DNA of 47,912 bases from a virus. This document shows positions 47,201 to 47,912 of this stretch, one piece after another. The DNA is taken from the IMG/VR virus record IMGVR_UViG_3300050026_000188; one strand, given 5' to 3'. Each line of letters opens with the position of its first letter. The first letter of the stretch is position 1. Both the position numbers and the translations under genes were made by a program. The notes below the pieces were generated by a model. That model was not told where the DNA came from. It saw nothing but the letters and a program-made list of their open reading frames with translations, and searched no databases.

Positions 47201-47912
47201 TGTTGCTGGCGTTGGAGGCGTAAGTTTCAGCATTCGATTGAGCCGTGGAAGCTGCGCCAGAAGCATCATAGGCCGTTGATGCGGTAAACGCCGCAGTACC
47301 AAATACGCCCCCAGCCGCAGTCGTCAGATAGGAAAGCGTCGTTACGGTTGGCGCAACCGGAGTGTAGGTCAACGCGGTAGTCACCTGGCCAGAGGTCATG
47401 CCGGTTAGGTTCGCCATACTGAAGGTCGGTGCCGCCGTGAAAGTCGGAGCCGCGCTGCTGCCGGTGAAGTTGCCAAAAACGGTGTTCGCCGCCTGATTCT
47501 TGAGTGTTGCCGTGACCGTTCCGCTGGTTGTTACCGCTGTACTCGGAGTCGAACTGTCCACCGTGCCATCGCCCGTGAAGGTCACGCTGCTTACGCTTCC
47601 CGTAGATGTTCCGCACGTTGGGCAAGAGATCGCTCCCGTTGCCGCGACTACAATTGGGAGTGTTCCGCTCAGTCCAGCCGAACCAACCGAGCCGATGGGA
47701 ATGCCAGTCGGCAGATAACTCACTCCAATGGTTCCAGTGTTGATGTGGCTGGCATTCTGCGCGTAAGTCTCGGCATTGCTCTGAGCCGTTGCCGCCGCAC
47801 CGGAAGCATCCGCTCCCACACTTGCCGCTGTTGCCGAGATCGCCCCCGCCGTGTTGAGGATGCTTGTCCCATCCGGCTTCACGCCTCCGAGCACGGTCGA
47901 AGTCGCCGTGGG
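44232..47912 (-). CDS. C-terminal part of the giant secreted tail-fibre-like protein (N-terminal part at 907..1)
   Basis: ORF is open to the window edge and matches 1..77; A..S..A..S fibre-type repeats (TAQSNAETYA.NAS twice); several N.GIGTTSP motifs. Confidence 0.6.
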   Translation of the reverse strand, partial: PTATSTVLGGVKPDGTSILNTAGAISATAASVGADASGAAATAQSNAETYAQNASHINTGTIGVSYLPTGIPIGSVGSAGLSGTLPIVVAATGAISCPTCGTSTGSVSSVTFTGDGTVDSSTPSTAVTTSGTVTATLKNQAANTVFGNFTGSSAAPTFTAAPTFSMANLTGMTSGQVTTALTYTPVAPTVTTLSYLTTAAGGVFGTAAFTASTAYDASGAASTAQSNAETYASNASNISSGTVGYSYLPIGTSASHVPSGGVITAAGPTGSATAIPVITYNAAGQLTAVTTATPTVAVVNGVSYGSSPSTNTVPVVTGTNTVTYEAVPNAALANSVTTVNGQNCALGGTCTISASAGTITVGTTTIAGGTTGHIEYNNSGVLGELSTYGSGSVLLGSGAVGSAAYTASTAYATAAQGTKADNAGAVTGAVKSNGSATFSQAACGDLSNGASGCSTTVGTAATHAATDFQLALTNPVTGPGSATANDAVTFTGTGDQVQDSGVAIYTIPSSNLNLGGGLPLTYGGASSIAIGNSSTLASSTGTVNIAIGTSNLLGASGSFNIAIGAEAIGYGGIETGSNNIGLGDSALYNLTSGGNNIGIGNNTLATNSSGSYSTGIGSGALQFTTTGNGNTAAGYLAGTLLPTGYHNITGSYGTFLGQNTQASANGNTNEIVVGSTAVGAGSNTAVIGNAAVTDEYFGSAAGLATLHGAAFTGNSSTATNLSTNGTANQVWGMNSGATAQGWQTPGSTMTYPGANTIGVANSGNTAWRTPLYSDITALFGSGSCSGALMSSGGCTALPSVGTWGALNYPTWTTGTPFVKMTAAGTFALDTNTYGTFTLPSLTSGSVLFSNGSTIAQDNSNFFWDATNHRLGIGTTGPSGQLSLGNPSTDTNLRTYGISDQGVFNFYQAQNFPTAGIYARILDIVSGSQNTLSQIRFLTQNDGLSGPTEKVRIDNNGNVGIGTTSPVQALDLGTGALRTGGLTIAGNPTVFANPIVINGQTPPAFIYLDSTYNVLRIGAQSTYTTLAFELPGSPAYEDVMQLTATGLNPAPAFDNTINLGVTGQRWKSLWVGTGGGIFQGNVGIGTTSPAALLSVGSSSQFQVSSTGVSSAGAGSTDLNGSGVPEAHCLADGTGCPGGTLYNAAGTQLTSAHTVMGLTTLSGGAATVTFSGSAIFTSSSSYACMTSATVSTINLNALGVTYTSGSSVTFSDDGGLGSDAIRYICIGN

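Overview
The window reads as a complete, circularly closed (or terminally redundant) genome of a GC-rich tailed phage with a contractile tail, about 47.8 kb: bases 1..77 are identical to 47836..47912, and one large minus-strand gene runs across that junction. All family assignments below are by-eye motif recognition from the translated ORF track; no database search was run. Plus-strand late block (962..24791): GIY-YIG homing endonuclease, large terminase, portal, Mu-F-like head morphogenesis protein, scaffold-like protein, major capsid, head-tail connectors, tail sheath, tail tube, a GH24 lysozyme, tail assembly chaperone with a canonical -1 slippery site, tape measure protein with a lysozyme-like C-terminal domain, a Mu/P2-like baseplate set, a tail fibre, and small membrane proteins. 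Replication/modification module (25042..37401, both strands): family-B DNA polymerase, ParB-like protein, SSB-like protein, DUF2800-like Cas4/RecB-type nuclease, SF2 helicase, DUF4406-like protein, VRR-NUC nuclease, Dam-type methyltransferase, a truncated second methyltransferase, and a PrimPol/SF3 primase-helicase. Early/regulatory region (37.4..43.7 kb): small minus-strand genes driven by a repeated promoter-operator cassette, with a displaced small terminase gene in the middle. The most unusual features are: a diverged 279-bp tandem duplication that turns the sheath C-terminal domain into a free-standing ORF; six copies of a TTGACA promoter with a TTACTAGTAA palindrome in the spacer, three of them in a leaderless arrangement; a protein built on a GC-rich 12/9-bp coding repeat; a ~1500-aa fibre-like protein with a Sec signal peptide; and two homing-endonuclease and two methyltransferase copies, one of each decayed. 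No integrase, tRNA or CRISPR array was recognised.
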